A DNA stretch of 64,000 bases from a virus (Duplodnaviria > Caudoviricetes), in IMG/VR virus record IMGVR_UViG_3300002307_000048, positions 7,693 to 71,692 of that record; one strand, given 5' to 3'. This document shows, one piece after another, positions 1-8,771 of this stretch (its first letter is position 1; each line of letters opens with the position of its first letter). The notes under the pieces were generated by a model, which saw only the letters and a program-made list of their open reading frames with translations, made no database searches and was not told the DNA's origin. The position numbers were made by a program, and so were the translations under genes.

Positions 1-2
1 AG

Positions 3-1001
3 ATTGATCCATTTTGCAATGCCGTAAGCAAAAAAAACTTTCCGGATACTTTCCAATATTTAGACTTATTTGATTTAAAAAACCCGCCCTATGTCGATAT
101 TATCTCAGCAGGATTCCCCTGCCAGCCTTTTTCAGTCGCCGGAAACCAACTTGCGCAAAAAGATGACCGCCACCTCTGGCCTCAGGTGTTTAGAGTCATT
201 ACAGAAGTTAGACCGCGCTTTGTTATTCTCGAAAATGTTACTGGAATCATACGTTTGGCACTCGACGAGGTGCTTGCTGACCTGGAAAGTGAAGGCTACA
301 CCTGCGAAACATTTGTATTGCCAGCTGCAAGTATCAACGCTCCCCACAGAAGGGATAGGGTTTGGGTTGTTGCCTACTCCAGATGCGAGCGACAGGCGTT
401 CGGACAAATCGCAACAGTGGGGGCTGACAAATTATGCCAACAACGGACTACTTCCAACCCCGATCGTAATGGACACCAATTGCGGGGATTTGAAAAAAAT
501 AGATCTAAGGAGAAAGAAAGCGAAAGCCAGCAAAAAAAACGGCAATGGCTTCGGTCAAACATTAGGAGAACTGGCGAACAGAAACCTGCTACCAACACCG
601 AAAACGAAATGCAAGTGCGAATCGGAGAGGAATCGCAACACTCCAAATCTGGAATCAATGGTCAAAATGAACTTAATGGCAACCCCCGTAGCACGGGATG
701 CAGCCAATTCAACATTCCCGATCTCGCAGCGAGATCGGGATTCGGTAATAGGAAACTTAATGTCAGACCCGAATTTTCCTACTGGCGAAACTTCCCGACT
801 CAATCCCCACTTTGTGGGAGAAATGATGGGGTTTCCGAAAGGTTGGTGCGATTTACCGATGGAACAATTAGCCGATATAAAGAAAAAACCCTCTCAAACT
901 TCCAAAGAACAGAAACGATCAAAGCCTACGGAAATAGCATCGTCCCACAAATAGCTTTTGAGATATTTAAGGCTATTGTGTTAATTGATAAAGAATTATA
1001 G
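3..1001 (+). CDS. dcm: C5-cytosine DNA methyltransferase (5' truncated by window edge)
   Basis: Frame is open from base 3: GFPCQPFS (motif IV), ENV (VI), HRRDRVW (VIII), AYGNSIVPQ (X). Motif I lies upstream of the window. Confidence 0.93.
   Translation: MDPFCNAVSKKNFPDTFQYLDLFDLKNPPYVDIISAGFPCQPFSVAGNQLAQKDDRHLWPQVFRVITEVRPRFVILENVTGIIRLALDEVLADLESEGYTCETFVLPAASINAPHRRDRVWVVAYSRCERQAFGQIATVGADKLCQQRTTSNPDRNGHQLRGFEKNRSKEKESESQQKKRQWLRSNIRRTGEQKPATNTENEMQVRIGEESQHSKSGINGQNELNGNPRSTGCSQFNIPDLAARSGFGNRKLNVRPEFSYWRNFPTQSPLCGRNDGVSERLVRFTDGTISRYKEKTLSNFQRTETIKAYGNSIVPQIAFEIFKAIVLIDKEL
91..954 (+). CDS. Overprinted alternative-frame ORF inside dcm; putative beta subunit carrying a motif IX-like segment
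   Basis: 287 codons open in a second frame, with four LLPTP/LMATP units and a C-terminal RLNPHFVGEMMGFPKGW. The true start is uncertain (ATG at 91 or ~162). Confidence 0.65.
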   Translation: MSILSQQDSPASLFQSPETNLRKKMTATSGLRCLESLQKLDRALLFSKMLLESYVWHSTRCLLTWKVKATPAKHLYCQLQVSTLPTEGIGFGLLPTPDASDRRSDKSQQWGLTNYANNGLLPTPIVMDTNCGDLKKIDLRRKKAKASKKNGNGFGQTLGELANRNLLPTPKTKCKCESERNRNTPNLESMVKMNLMATPVARDAANSTFPISQRDRDSVIGNLMSDPNFPTGETSRLNPHFVGEMMGFPKGWCDLPMEQLADIKKKPSQTSKEQKRSKPTEIASSHK

Positions 1002-1031
1002 TATATGTGTTGTGTACTAAAAAAGAAAGAA

Positions 1032-1169
1032 ATGGAGAATTGTAGGGTTTGTAAAATTGAATTAACCGATAATAATTGGTTCCCTTCATTAAAGAAAAAG
1101 AACTGTATTATTTGTAAAAAATGTAATTGGCTAAAAGAAATGAACCGTAGGAAAAATGAAAGAATATAA
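1032..1169 (+). CDS. Small CxxC...CxxC (zinc-ribbon-like) protein, 45 aa
   Basis: Hand translation MENCRVCK...CIICKKCNW; below the ORF-track cutoff. Confidence 0.45.
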   Translation: MENCRVCKIELTDNNWFPSLKKKNCIICKKCNWLKEMNRRKNERI

Positions 1170-1226
1170 AGTTGCCTATGAAATCTTCAAATCAATTAGA
1201 AATATTTTAGATATAAAACCAAACTT

Positions 1227-1388
1227 ATGAAACAGAAAAACTATTATCCGGAACCGGAATGGTACGAAAAGAACAAAGATGCTTTTGACAAACAAAGCAG
1301 GCGCATGACTATTGGGCTGTTTATAATCACCTGTATTGTGGTGGTTATTCTGGCTTCGGCATTCATTTTAGTAACCTTTTTAAAATAA
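1227..1388 (+). CDS. Small single-pass membrane protein, 53 aa
   Basis: Hand translation ends in a hydrophobic run IGLFIITCIVVVILASAFILVTFLK and fills the gap before the ATG at 1397. Confidence 0.55.
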   Translation: MKQKNYYPEPEWYEKNKDAFDKQSRRMTIGLFIITCIVVVILASAFILVTFLK

Positions 1389-1396
1389 TAGACTAA

Positions 1397-1921
1397 ATGA
1401 CAAAACAGGAAATAAAAGAGAAGCTTGCCTACAATAAAGGCAAGCTGGAGATATACAAAATTTTGTATGCTCACACGAATGACAATCGCCACAAGAAGCA
1501 CATGGATAATTGTGCTTCTAAGGTCGAAGAACTGGAAATAGAATTATTGTCTTTGGAAAACCCATTTGACAATATATTAACCGGTGCGATTGATTTTACC
1601 ATTAAGATAATGGAGAATGACTTCGGCATTGGAACAGAGTATATTCCAGGAAAAGCGGAGACCGTAGCAAGATATAACAACGTGCCGGCATTGATCGCCT
1701 GCGCTGACTATCTTATACAGTCCCTTAACCTGGCATTGCCAAATTTTGAAAAGGCTATCAAGTCGGATCCCAAAAATGAAACTTTGCGCCAGCGCATTGA
1801 AACAGGGATTGGATTGGTTGAGTTTCTTACGTATTGGGCTCAGTCATGGGCCAAGATAATAATCGAAATAGAACAGGCCAAAAAGCCTAAAATTATCACG
1901 GATCTAACAAAAATAAACTGA
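1397..1921 (+). CDS. Hypothetical protein
   Basis: 174-aa ORF co-oriented with its neighbours; no recognisable motif. Confidence 0.75.
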   Translation: MTKQEIKEKLAYNKGKLEIYKILYAHTNDNRHKKHMDNCASKVEELEIELLSLENPFDNILTGAIDFTIKIMENDFGIGTEYIPGKAETVARYNNVPALIACADYLIQSLNLALPNFEKAIKSDPKNETLRQRIETGIGLVEFLTYWAQSWAKIIIEIEQAKKPKIITDLTKIN

Positions 1922-2067
1922 TGGCTCAGACAAAAAGGGAATTATTTAGGTCAGGCATAAATCGCAACAATAATAGCATTAATGTAGTTGATAAGCCAAA
2001 ACACCGATTGAGGGTTCAAAATTATTTGAAGTTTTTATATCGGGAAAGGTTATCAAGATACAGATAG
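1921..2067 (+). CDS. Small basic hypothetical protein, 48 aa
   Basis: ATG overlaps the previous TGA; ends just before the terminator. Confidence 0.4.
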   Translation: MAQTKRELFRSGINRNNNSINVVDKPKHRLRVQNYLKFLYRERLSRYR

Positions 2068-2068
2068 C

Positions 2069-2106
2069 AAAAAAAAAGTCCGGTAGTTTTACCGGACTTT
2101 TTTTTT
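2069..2106. terminator. Bidirectional intrinsic terminator
   Basis: A9-GTCCGGTA-gttt-TACCGGAC-T9 between convergent transcription blocks. Confidence 0.9.
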
Positions 2107-2142
2107 GCTATCAACTGGAGGACACGAATGTCCCGCAGTCAT

Positions 2143-3249
2143 TTAAATAGGCATCTTTTTGAAGTCCTTATGGCTTACAAGCTTTGGCTCCTTAATGTAG
2201 TTAAGGCCAATCTGGAATAATCCGGTTACTTTTGGATTAGCAATAGCTTCATCCCCTGGCAGGACGGTTATAGGCTGGTTATCGTGCCCCAGGATACTTC
2301 CATTCTCAGTTGCTGTAAAAACATACTTATACGTACCAAACGTGCCTACAATAGGAGGTTTTGTGTCCGGTACAACTTCCCCTGTTTCGTGATCAACATT
2401 CCCCGGGTCTTCTTCTTCCTGTTCAGGATCTTGCTTGATATCAAGTTTCCCTTCCAGAACTTTCATGGAATTTTCACCTTTGTCAATCTGTCCCACGTCT
2501 TTTCTATCAGGGTAAACAAATTCTTCGGTATATATATCTTTAATAACGGCCTGATCCGCATTAATGGCTAATTGTATCTGTTGAGTTTCTACACTCATTG
2601 GCCCATATTTAGCCAGCAACCTTTTCATGACGGTCTTTTGAGCCATGCTGTCAAAATCAGTTTTCCAAGGGCCACTGCTATATGTTTTAGAAAAACGCTG
2701 ACCATGCGCGGTAACTTCTTCTATGCTCATGTAGTCTATTTTTTCAAACCCGCTGATGAGCTTAAGTACAGCCGCATACCCGATAACCTTTTTGCTGGAT
2801 TTATTTCTGAAATTGAACTCATATCCCATCAAAGGATCGTCAGAGATAAGCTGCCCTTCATAGACTACTGCAGTATTTATATTCTTGTACAATCCAGTTC
2901 TTTGTGCCAATTGGATTAGCCCCTTGTATCCAATTTGGAAGGTTGCCACAGGAACATTATTAGCTTTAAATGGTATGATGTAAGCATACCCTAAGTTTTG
3001 ATTTATAGGTAGCTTTAATGTAGCTGCCATCATGGCGCACATATATACGGATTCTGGGGTACACTCCTTAAGCTTTTCATTCTGATTGATTAAAGTCACA
3101 ATGGAGCTGGTAAATGCATTACCGCTTTCCCCTAATACTTTTAGGAATTGTTCCTTAACCATGGGCTGGTTAATAAACTGAGCTGGAGTCATTGGCTTTG
3201 CGGCCGGTAGCTGGTCGCCTGTTTTTTGCAAATCTGTTGTTGTGGACAT
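2143..3249 (-). CDS. recT: RecT-family single-strand annealing protein
   Basis: CTPESV...AATLKLPINQNLGYAYIIPF...FQIGYKGLIQLAQRTG and MAQKTVMKRLL motifs. Confidence 0.92.
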   Translation of the reverse strand: MSTTTDLQKTGDQLPAAKPMTPAQFINQPMVKEQFLKVLGESGNAFTSSIVTLINQNEKLKECTPESVYMCAMMAATLKLPINQNLGYAYIIPFKANNVPVATFQIGYKGLIQLAQRTGLYKNINTAVVYEGQLISDDPLMGYEFNFRNKSSKKVIGYAAVLKLISGFEKIDYMSIEEVTAHGQRFSKTYSSGPWKTDFDSMAQKTVMKRLLAKYGPMSVETQQIQLAINADQAVIKDIYTEEFVYPDRKDVGQIDKGENSMKVLEGKLDIKQDPEQEEEDPGNVDHETGEVVPDTKPPIVGTFGTYKYVFTATENGSILGHDNQPITVLPGDEAIANPKVTGLFQIGLNYIKEPKLVSHKDFKKMPI

Positions 3250-3263
3250 ATATATAATATTAT

Positions 3264-3443
3264 TTAATGGTTTAACTTTTCATATTCTGCAACTTTTGTC
3301 CGGAGCAAACTTCTTTCAATGAAGTTTACCTTGTAATCCGGATTAGAAGCAGTTGTACTGTCTAAAATTTTAGTGAGATTTTCTATTCGCTCTTTTGCCT
3401 TGATGTACTTATCGTAATCAAGAGTTTGCTCTTTTTGAGCCAT
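3264..3443 (-). CDS. Hypothetical protein, 59 aa
   Basis: Hand translation MAQKEQTLDYDKYIK...; fills the gap between the HNH gene and recT. Confidence 0.5.
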   Translation of the reverse strand: MAQKEQTLDYDKYIKAKERIENLTKILDSTTASNPDYKVNFIERSLLRTKVAEYEKLNH

Positions 3444-3921
3444 ATTGTTCTAATTTTAAGGTCTGCTTAATGGTTTCTACTTTATCGTAAATTTTCATAG
3501 CCTGTCGTTGTTCTAAGGTGCCAAAATCCAGCACTTGATGGTGAGGCTGACATAGTATAACAAAGTTACGCTTATCGTGCCGGATGCTTTTATTTCGCTT
3601 ACCTATAATATGGGCAAAAAAAGTATGCGAGAAATGAAGTAAAACGATCCCACATTCTTCGCAGCATGGTTCGCTCATTTCATTCCACCAAGATTGGTAA
3701 AATTTGGAATCCTGGGCCATGTTGGAATTCGATACCTTTTTCTTTTTGAAAGGTTCTTTTTTTATCTGCGTAAATGGAGAAATTAAAGGCTGCAACGAGA
3801 TCGGATCTATCTGGTGGATATGTTCCGAAAAAATCTTCTCTGATAAGAATTGTTGATCCGCCTCCTCTTCTTTTTGTGAGGAATAATTCAGGTAAGCCCA
3901 TTTGCTCTCTTTCTTTTTCAT
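3418..3921 (-). CDS. HNH-type nuclease-like protein
   Basis: CEECG...FAHII...RHDKRNFVILCQPHH: zinc-binding beta-beta-alpha-Me pattern. Confidence 0.7.
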   Translation of the reverse strand: MKKKESKWAYLNYSSQKEEEADQQFLSEKIFSEHIHQIDPISLQPLISPFTQIKKEPFKKKKVSNSNMAQDSKFYQSWWNEMSEPCCEECGIVLLHFSHTFFAHIIGKRNKSIRHDKRNFVILCQPHHQVLDFGTLEQRQAMKIYDKVETIKQTLKLEQYGSKRANS

Positions 3922-3930
3922 CTGGCATGG

Positions 3931-4218
3931 TTAATCCCCCAAAAAGTCCTTAAAGGCTTTATAAATGATTGGCGTAGGGAAGGATCTTTTAATAGAGGTT
4001 AAAATCATATCCTTTTCCACCTCTGTCAGCTCAATACCTGCAGGCGGGCATTTTGTTATTTTCATACCTAACGCAAACCGATCCAGAAGCTCTGGCCCTC
4101 TTGCATCCGGCAGAGGAGCTGCTATCGCCATCTTTGCAAATTGCTGTAATGTATCCCCTGGAACCCCATCAAAGTCATTGACTTTTAGGGAAAAGTCGTA
4201 AAGTTTTTGCTTTTCCAT
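3931..4218 (-). CDS. Hypothetical protein (possible tail-fibre accessory)
   Basis: Tightly packed downstream of the tail fibre gene. Confidence 0.6.
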   Translation of the reverse strand: MEKQKLYDFSLKVNDFDGVPGDTLQQFAKMAIAAPLPDARGPELLDRFALGMKITKCPPAGIELTEVEKDMILTSIKRSFPTPIIYKAFKDFLGD

Positions 4219-4219
4219 T

Positions 4220-4558
4220 TTATTGTATAATTTTTTGTCCTTCCTCCAATTCTGCTACCCCATCTGACCATTCTGGTAATTTTGTCAAAACTGCATATAA
4301 ACAACCTATATAATCATCCGTATTATTATGCCATAATACTGAAAATTCATTAAGGGGAGTATCCACATTTATAGATTTAACTGGTTTGTTGTCCAGGGAA
4401 TGTTGACGATCTAAATATAAATTTATTTTTATTGTAGCTATTCCCTTTACCGAATCACTATATTGAGCATTAGGTAAAGGGATCATTGGAGTATCTTTAT
4501 CAATTCTCCAATAATTAAATACTGCAAATCCTAAATCTGTTTGTTTATTAATAGCCAT
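4220..4558 (-). CDS. Hypothetical protein (possible tail-fibre assembly chaperone)
   Basis: Starts 3 nt after the tail fibre stop; function is inferred from position only. Confidence 0.55.
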   Translation of the reverse strand: MAINKQTDLGFAVFNYWRIDKDTPMIPLPNAQYSDSVKGIATIKINLYLDRQHSLDNKPVKSINVDTPLNEFSVLWHNNTDDYIGCLYAVLTKLPEWSDGVAELEEGQKIIQ

Positions 4559-4561
4559 ATT

Positions 4562-6709
4562 TTAAGTGTATAGAGGTATTTTATAAGTTGTAGCTCCTAT
4601 TGTTAGGGGCATCCATGCAACTGGATCTCCAAGTGCTTTGGTGTTCCCTCCGTAATACGAAGTAAAAACAGGAGTTGCAGAGGTTGAAGGAGATGTTGTA
4701 GTATTACCTACTTTTATATCTCCTGCAATTGTCAAGTTTCCAACATAATCGACAAGAAACTTCTGAACCCCATAAGTTTGCCAATTAGCAAAATCACTTG
4801 TACTGCCACTTGTTTTATTAACAGCAAACTGAGTTCCAGATGCTGACCCCGCAAAAGCATGAGTACTGCCATCAAATAGACCTCCTCCTATCATTAGACT
4901 GCCTACTTTGCTATCTGCAATAGCAGAGACGTTGATATGTAAGTACCCCAAAGGATTAATTGTATGGATTCCTACATAACCTAAATCATTAAAGATAACC
5001 ATACTATTGCCACTACTATCCAGCCAATGGCTTAAGGCTTTATTTACAAAAACATATTGACTTGAAGCAGAACCTAATCCATTTTGCACTGTAATTGATG
5101 TATTACTTGCTACTGCTGTAACGACTGAATATATACTTGGGGGAGTTGCAGTACCATTGATGCCTACCCTATCCCCAATGGTTATGTCTGTTAAGGCATT
5201 ACCTGCGCCCGATGTTGTTATTGTTGTCCCTGAAGAAGTCCATGTATTGGCTCCAGATGCCTGAAAAACAGAAACAGCATTATATATTGCAGATCCTGTG
5301 TACCTTAAGTAAGCATTATGGTTAAATGAAAAGAATGTTGATGAATTTCTCTGAAACTGGAACAGGTCGTTGGTTATATTAGTAGAAACATACTTTGCAT
5401 TAAATAATATGCTAACACCTGTTCCTGCCGCTTGTGAGGTTATGGAAATAGGCAGAGCTGCTGTGTTACCAAAATCAATACTACCACCAGCCCCACTCTG
5501 GCCTTGTATCATGTTGTTTGTGGCAGTTCCAAAATATATCGCCCCAAGCTTACTTGTGTTTCCTCTTACTGTTATAATAGAAGAACTTGTACCACTTAAG
5601 TTTAGCGAACCACTTGAATTAAGAACCATATAATTGGTTCCACCATTTAATTGTACATCAATAATATTTCCAGTAAATCCTGCTGCTACATTGACCCCAA
5701 GATAAGTACCACCGCTATTCCAATTGGTGCTGTTGGCAGTACCTGTGGGCTGTATTAGAATAACAGGAAAGTTTGTCGTGGTACTGCCTGCTACATAAGG
5801 AACAGATTTTACGTAGATACTTGATGTACTTGCTGCTGCTGTAACAGTAGAAGTTAAGGGCTTACCTAAAGCCAATCCATTTGTTGCATCCCACGTATGA
5901 TTACTATCAGAAGCTAATATACCACCTGTACCTGCATAAATAACCTGTGAGGCTGTTGGAGCATACCAAGTAGGTGTTCCTGTACCACCTGATATAAATG
6001 CTTGTCCTGTAGTTCCAGCTGCTGAAATTGCAAGAGATCTAGCAGTTGAATAATTAACACCTCCTGCAACTGCTGTTAAACTTGCATTTGTACCCCCATA
6101 AGCCATTTCTACAATACTGCCATGCCATGTTCCTGTAGCAATCGTTCCTAAAGTAGTTATAGATGATTGTCCTACATAACTTGCTGAAATATCAAATACA
6201 TTAGCACCACTTATTGTAAGCCTATTTAGTGTTCCTGTTAATGCAACTGAACCTGTAAGGCCATTAACAGAACTTACACCTGATACTATTGCACTAATAT
6301 TGCCATCAAGTTTTTGTATTGCTGACTTTATAGAATCACTTGCAGAAACAGTCCCAGCCCCCGCACTATAGCCTGTAAGTATAGATGCTATTGCCCTGGC
6401 ATTAGTATAATACAAGTTAGTACTCTCTGTTACCTGAGAGGTATTATAATCCCCTGACTGAGCTATTATTACCCCTGTCCTGCTAAATACAGAAGAAACA
6501 GGAGAACCGCCTCCGGCATTCCAGTACGCAATCTGAGCATCTGTTGGAATATTTGAAAAGTCAATAAAGTAGTTATCGGTTACTTTATTCCAGGTTTTGC
6601 CCGTAGGGAACCCAACCTGCTCATATAAAGTATTGGTACTTATATCAACATAAGACCAGGACGTATCCGTTACTAAATTATCAGGCTTATGGTTTCCTAC
6701 AGTTAGCAT
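4562..6709 (-). CDS. Tail fibre / receptor-binding protein
   Basis: G/S/T/A/N-rich; VSSVFSRTGV and VSSVNGLTGSV fibre repeats; SITTLGTIATGTW...GGT segment typical of phage fibres. Confidence 0.8.
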   Translation of the reverse strand: MLTVGNHKPDNLVTDTSWSYVDISTNTLYEQVGFPTGKTWNKVTDNYFIDFSNIPTDAQIAYWNAGGGSPVSSVFSRTGVIIAQSGDYNTSQVTESTNLYYTNARAIASILTGYSAGAGTVSASDSIKSAIQKLDGNISAIVSGVSSVNGLTGSVALTGTLNRLTISGANVFDISASYVGQSSITTLGTIATGTWHGSIVEMAYGGTNASLTAVAGGVNYSTARSLAISAAGTTGQAFISGGTGTPTWYAPTASQVIYAGTGGILASDSNHTWDATNGLALGKPLTSTVTAAASTSSIYVKSVPYVAGSTTTNFPVILIQPTGTANSTNWNSGGTYLGVNVAAGFTGNIIDVQLNGGTNYMVLNSSGSLNLSGTSSSIITVRGNTSKLGAIYFGTATNNMIQGQSGAGGSIDFGNTAALPISITSQAAGTGVSILFNAKYVSTNITNDLFQFQRNSSTFFSFNHNAYLRYTGSAIYNAVSVFQASGANTWTSSGTTITTSGAGNALTDITIGDRVGINGTATPPSIYSVVTAVASNTSITVQNGLGSASSQYVFVNKALSHWLDSSGNSMVIFNDLGYVGIHTINPLGYLHINVSAIADSKVGSLMIGGGLFDGSTHAFAGSASGTQFAVNKTSGSTSDFANWQTYGVQKFLVDYVGNLTIAGDIKVGNTTTSPSTSATPVFTSYYGGNTKALGDPVAWMPLTIGATTYKIPLYT

Positions 6710-6710
6710 A

Positions 6711-7370
6711 TTAATTTAAGACTGGAGGACGGTTTAATCCAAATGCTGGCTTTTTAGATTCAGGAAATTGATCATCCAACTTGTTTTCAAACAAATCAAG
6801 CTGGCCATCAAAAAACTTTTTACCCCCCATATATAGAAAAACTTCTTCTTCTATACTGTTGTAATCGGTTTGAAGCTCATCCATAAAGGCGTATTTATCC
6901 GAAGCGAATGGCAAGAAAGGAGCATTGATGTTTACACTGGTTTGCATATCCTCAATACAGATCTGAGCTGTAACTATAACCCCTTCTTCATCGCTACCGC
7001 CCAGGGTGGTTGTAGTTATAAATACATTTTCAACCATTTTGAAAACCTTACGATCCATGGCGCTCAATAGCTCTGGTGTCCGGTTGTACCTGAAAATTTC
7101 CTCATCATATTCGTTTGTGTCCAGGTACCCACACAGAAAAAGAACATGCAGCCTCAGATTATTTAATTTAGAGGCCAAATGCTGGTGAGGTTTATGGAAA
7201 AATTCCTGCAGGGTAGTACTTTCATCCATGCTGACAAGAGGTGCACCATTTTCATCGAATGCCGGATAAGTTGTTTTGTACTTAACAATAAGCTTATCAT
7301 CGCTGAATTTAACCTTCTTTATTTTTAGACCGCTAAAGCCTTGTGGAATGAATTTTACGTCTTTACTCAT
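6711..7370 (-). CDS. Hypothetical phage protein
   Basis: 219-aa ORF directly downstream of a TAAATTTG promoter box. Confidence 0.75.
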   Translation of the reverse strand: MSKDVKFIPQGFSGLKIKKVKFSDDKLIVKYKTTYPAFDENGAPLVSMDESTTLQEFFHKPHQHLASKLNNLRLHVLFLCGYLDTNEYDEEIFRYNRTPELLSAMDRKVFKMVENVFITTTTLGGSDEEGVIVTAQICIEDMQTSVNINAPFLPFASDKYAFMDELQTDYNSIEEEVFLYMGGKKFFDGQLDLFENKLDDQFPESKKPAFGLNRPPVLN

Positions 7371-7387
7371 GATATATTATTTTTGAA

Positions 7388-7395
7388 CAAATTTA
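7388..7395 (-). promoter_or_regulatory. Bacteroidota-type -7 box (TAAATTTG)
   Basis: Matches TAnnTTTG, 17 nt upstream of the 7370 start; no clear -33 element. Confidence 0.5.
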
Positions 7396-7520
7396 TAAAA
7401 ATACTGCCAACTTACACGTTATTAAATTTTACAAGTTTGGTTCCTGTTTTCATATAATTATTTGTTTAAAAGGTAAATGTTGCCGATTACCTTCCATCCT
7501 TTAGGTTTGTTAAAATATGC

Positions 7521-7928
7521 TTACTCCTTTTTGTTTTTATACTGTATATCCTCACGGTTTCGATCCGGCATCTTAAAATCAGTTTCGCTCATAATTGGAA
7601 AGTCAAATAATGTAGGAAATGGTTTACGCTCATCAAATAAAGGGTGAGTTCTTAAATGCAGATCCGTATCCAGTAATCCTGGAAGCAACTTGTGAGTTAT
7701 GCCAAAAGAATCCTTAAACTCCTCTCCATACTTTTTTTGACCATCATTGCTGATTATAAATTCTGCAAATTCATCATTGCCTTTTTGAATTTCATAAAAT
7801 ATTTTTTCGAAATCGTTACCAATTATATTATCCCATTTTTCTTCGGGAATGGCAGTTTCGTTTTTCAGAAACCGTTTTATTACCTCGATTTTATCATCTG
7901 TCATACTATTCTTTAAATTTAAGTGCAA
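7521..7928 (-). CDS. Hypothetical protein
   Basis: 135-aa ORF in a packed operon. Confidence 0.6.
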   Translation of the reverse strand: MHLNLKNSMTDDKIEVIKRFLKNETAIPEEKWDNIIGNDFEKIFYEIQKGNDEFAEFIISNDGQKKYGEEFKDSFGITHKLLPGLLDTDLHLRTHPLFDERKPFPTLFDFPIMSETDFKMPDRNREDIQYKNKKE

Positions 7929-8125
7929 TCATGATGAAATCCTCTCCAAACTCTTTGATAAGTTGCTCGCCTGTCTCTTTCATAAACCCAGGAATTATCT
8001 TGCCTCCTATAAAAACGGAATTCCTTCTTTTTATCTAAGAAGTTATTCACTCTGAAATTATAAAATTCGATTATTTTGTTGAAGAAATCCTCGCCTTCCT
8101 CAACCGTCTTAAATATTTGTTCCAT
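7919..8125 (-). CDS. Hypothetical protein
   Basis: 68-aa ORF in a packed operon. Confidence 0.45.
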   Translation of the reverse strand: MEQIFKTVEEGEDFFNKIIEFYNFRVNNFLDKKKEFRFYRRQDNSWVYERDRRATYQRVWRGFHHDCT

Positions 8126-8129
8126 TGTT

Positions 8130-8756
8130 CTATTTTCTATATTTAGGTTCTATCCATTTAATACCAAGAAATTCAAAAAACTGCGGTTCCGTTTCAAAGA
8201 AAGGAGGTAGAGTTGGGTTAGTAGTTTTACAGCTCCATTGCTTATTAGCTACATTTTCAATGCATTCAGACTGGCGCCTCAACCCATCGCTTGTACCTAC
8301 CCATCCTAGCTTACGCCAGCCTACGGCTAATACATTCTTTGAATAATCAGAAGGGCCTGTTCTTATTGCGAATATTCTACCAAAATCTGCAGCAACGGGC
8401 ATGAATACATCAACTTTAAGATTACAGCATATTTCCTCTCCTCCTTCCGGGTACTTAACTGAAATTAAAAGTTGTAGATAGCGGCCGGTAGTTTCTCCCT
8501 TAATCCGGTAATACTTATTTATCATGGCCCTGAAAGCCTTTGATACTTCAAGTTTAGGCTCATCAAAAAAAGACATTTGTTTTGATGGCTCTTTTTTGGG
8601 GATACAGACAAGCTCTATATCCCCTATATCTGACTTTTGTCTCCGTATGCTACCAGCAATTTGTATGTTTTCACATACGGGGTTAAAGTCTTCCATTAAA
8701 AGCATTGCTGCATCCAGCGCTTTTTTATACGGTATTCGTTCTACGTTCGTTGACAT
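8130..8756 (-). CDS. Minimal family X DNA polymerase-like nucleotidyltransferase
   Basis: AGSIRRQKSDIGDIELV, KVDVF and RTGP motifs of the Pol beta palm/thumb; no lyase or PHP domain. Confidence 0.82.
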   Translation of the reverse strand: MSTNVERIPYKKALDAAMLLMEDFNPVCENIQIAGSIRRQKSDIGDIELVCIPKKEPSKQMSFFDEPKLEVSKAFRAMINKYYRIKGETTGRYLQLLISVKYPEGGEEICCNLKVDVFMPVAADFGRIFAIRTGPSDYSKNVLAVGWRKLGWVGTSDGLRRQSECIENVANKQWSCKTTNPTLPPFFETEPQFFEFLGIKWIEPKYRK

Positions 8757-8771
8757 AGTATTGGTAATTTG

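Noticed and set aside
3680-3928. Overlapping 82-aa ORF (MPDEKERE...) in the HNH gene
   Set aside because: No recognisable motif, and the overlapping frame carries the HNH signature. A short leader role cannot be fully excluded.
4562-6709. Diversity-generating retroelement targeting the tail fibre
   Set aside because: No reverse transcriptase and no template/variable repeat pair differing at adenines were seen in the window.
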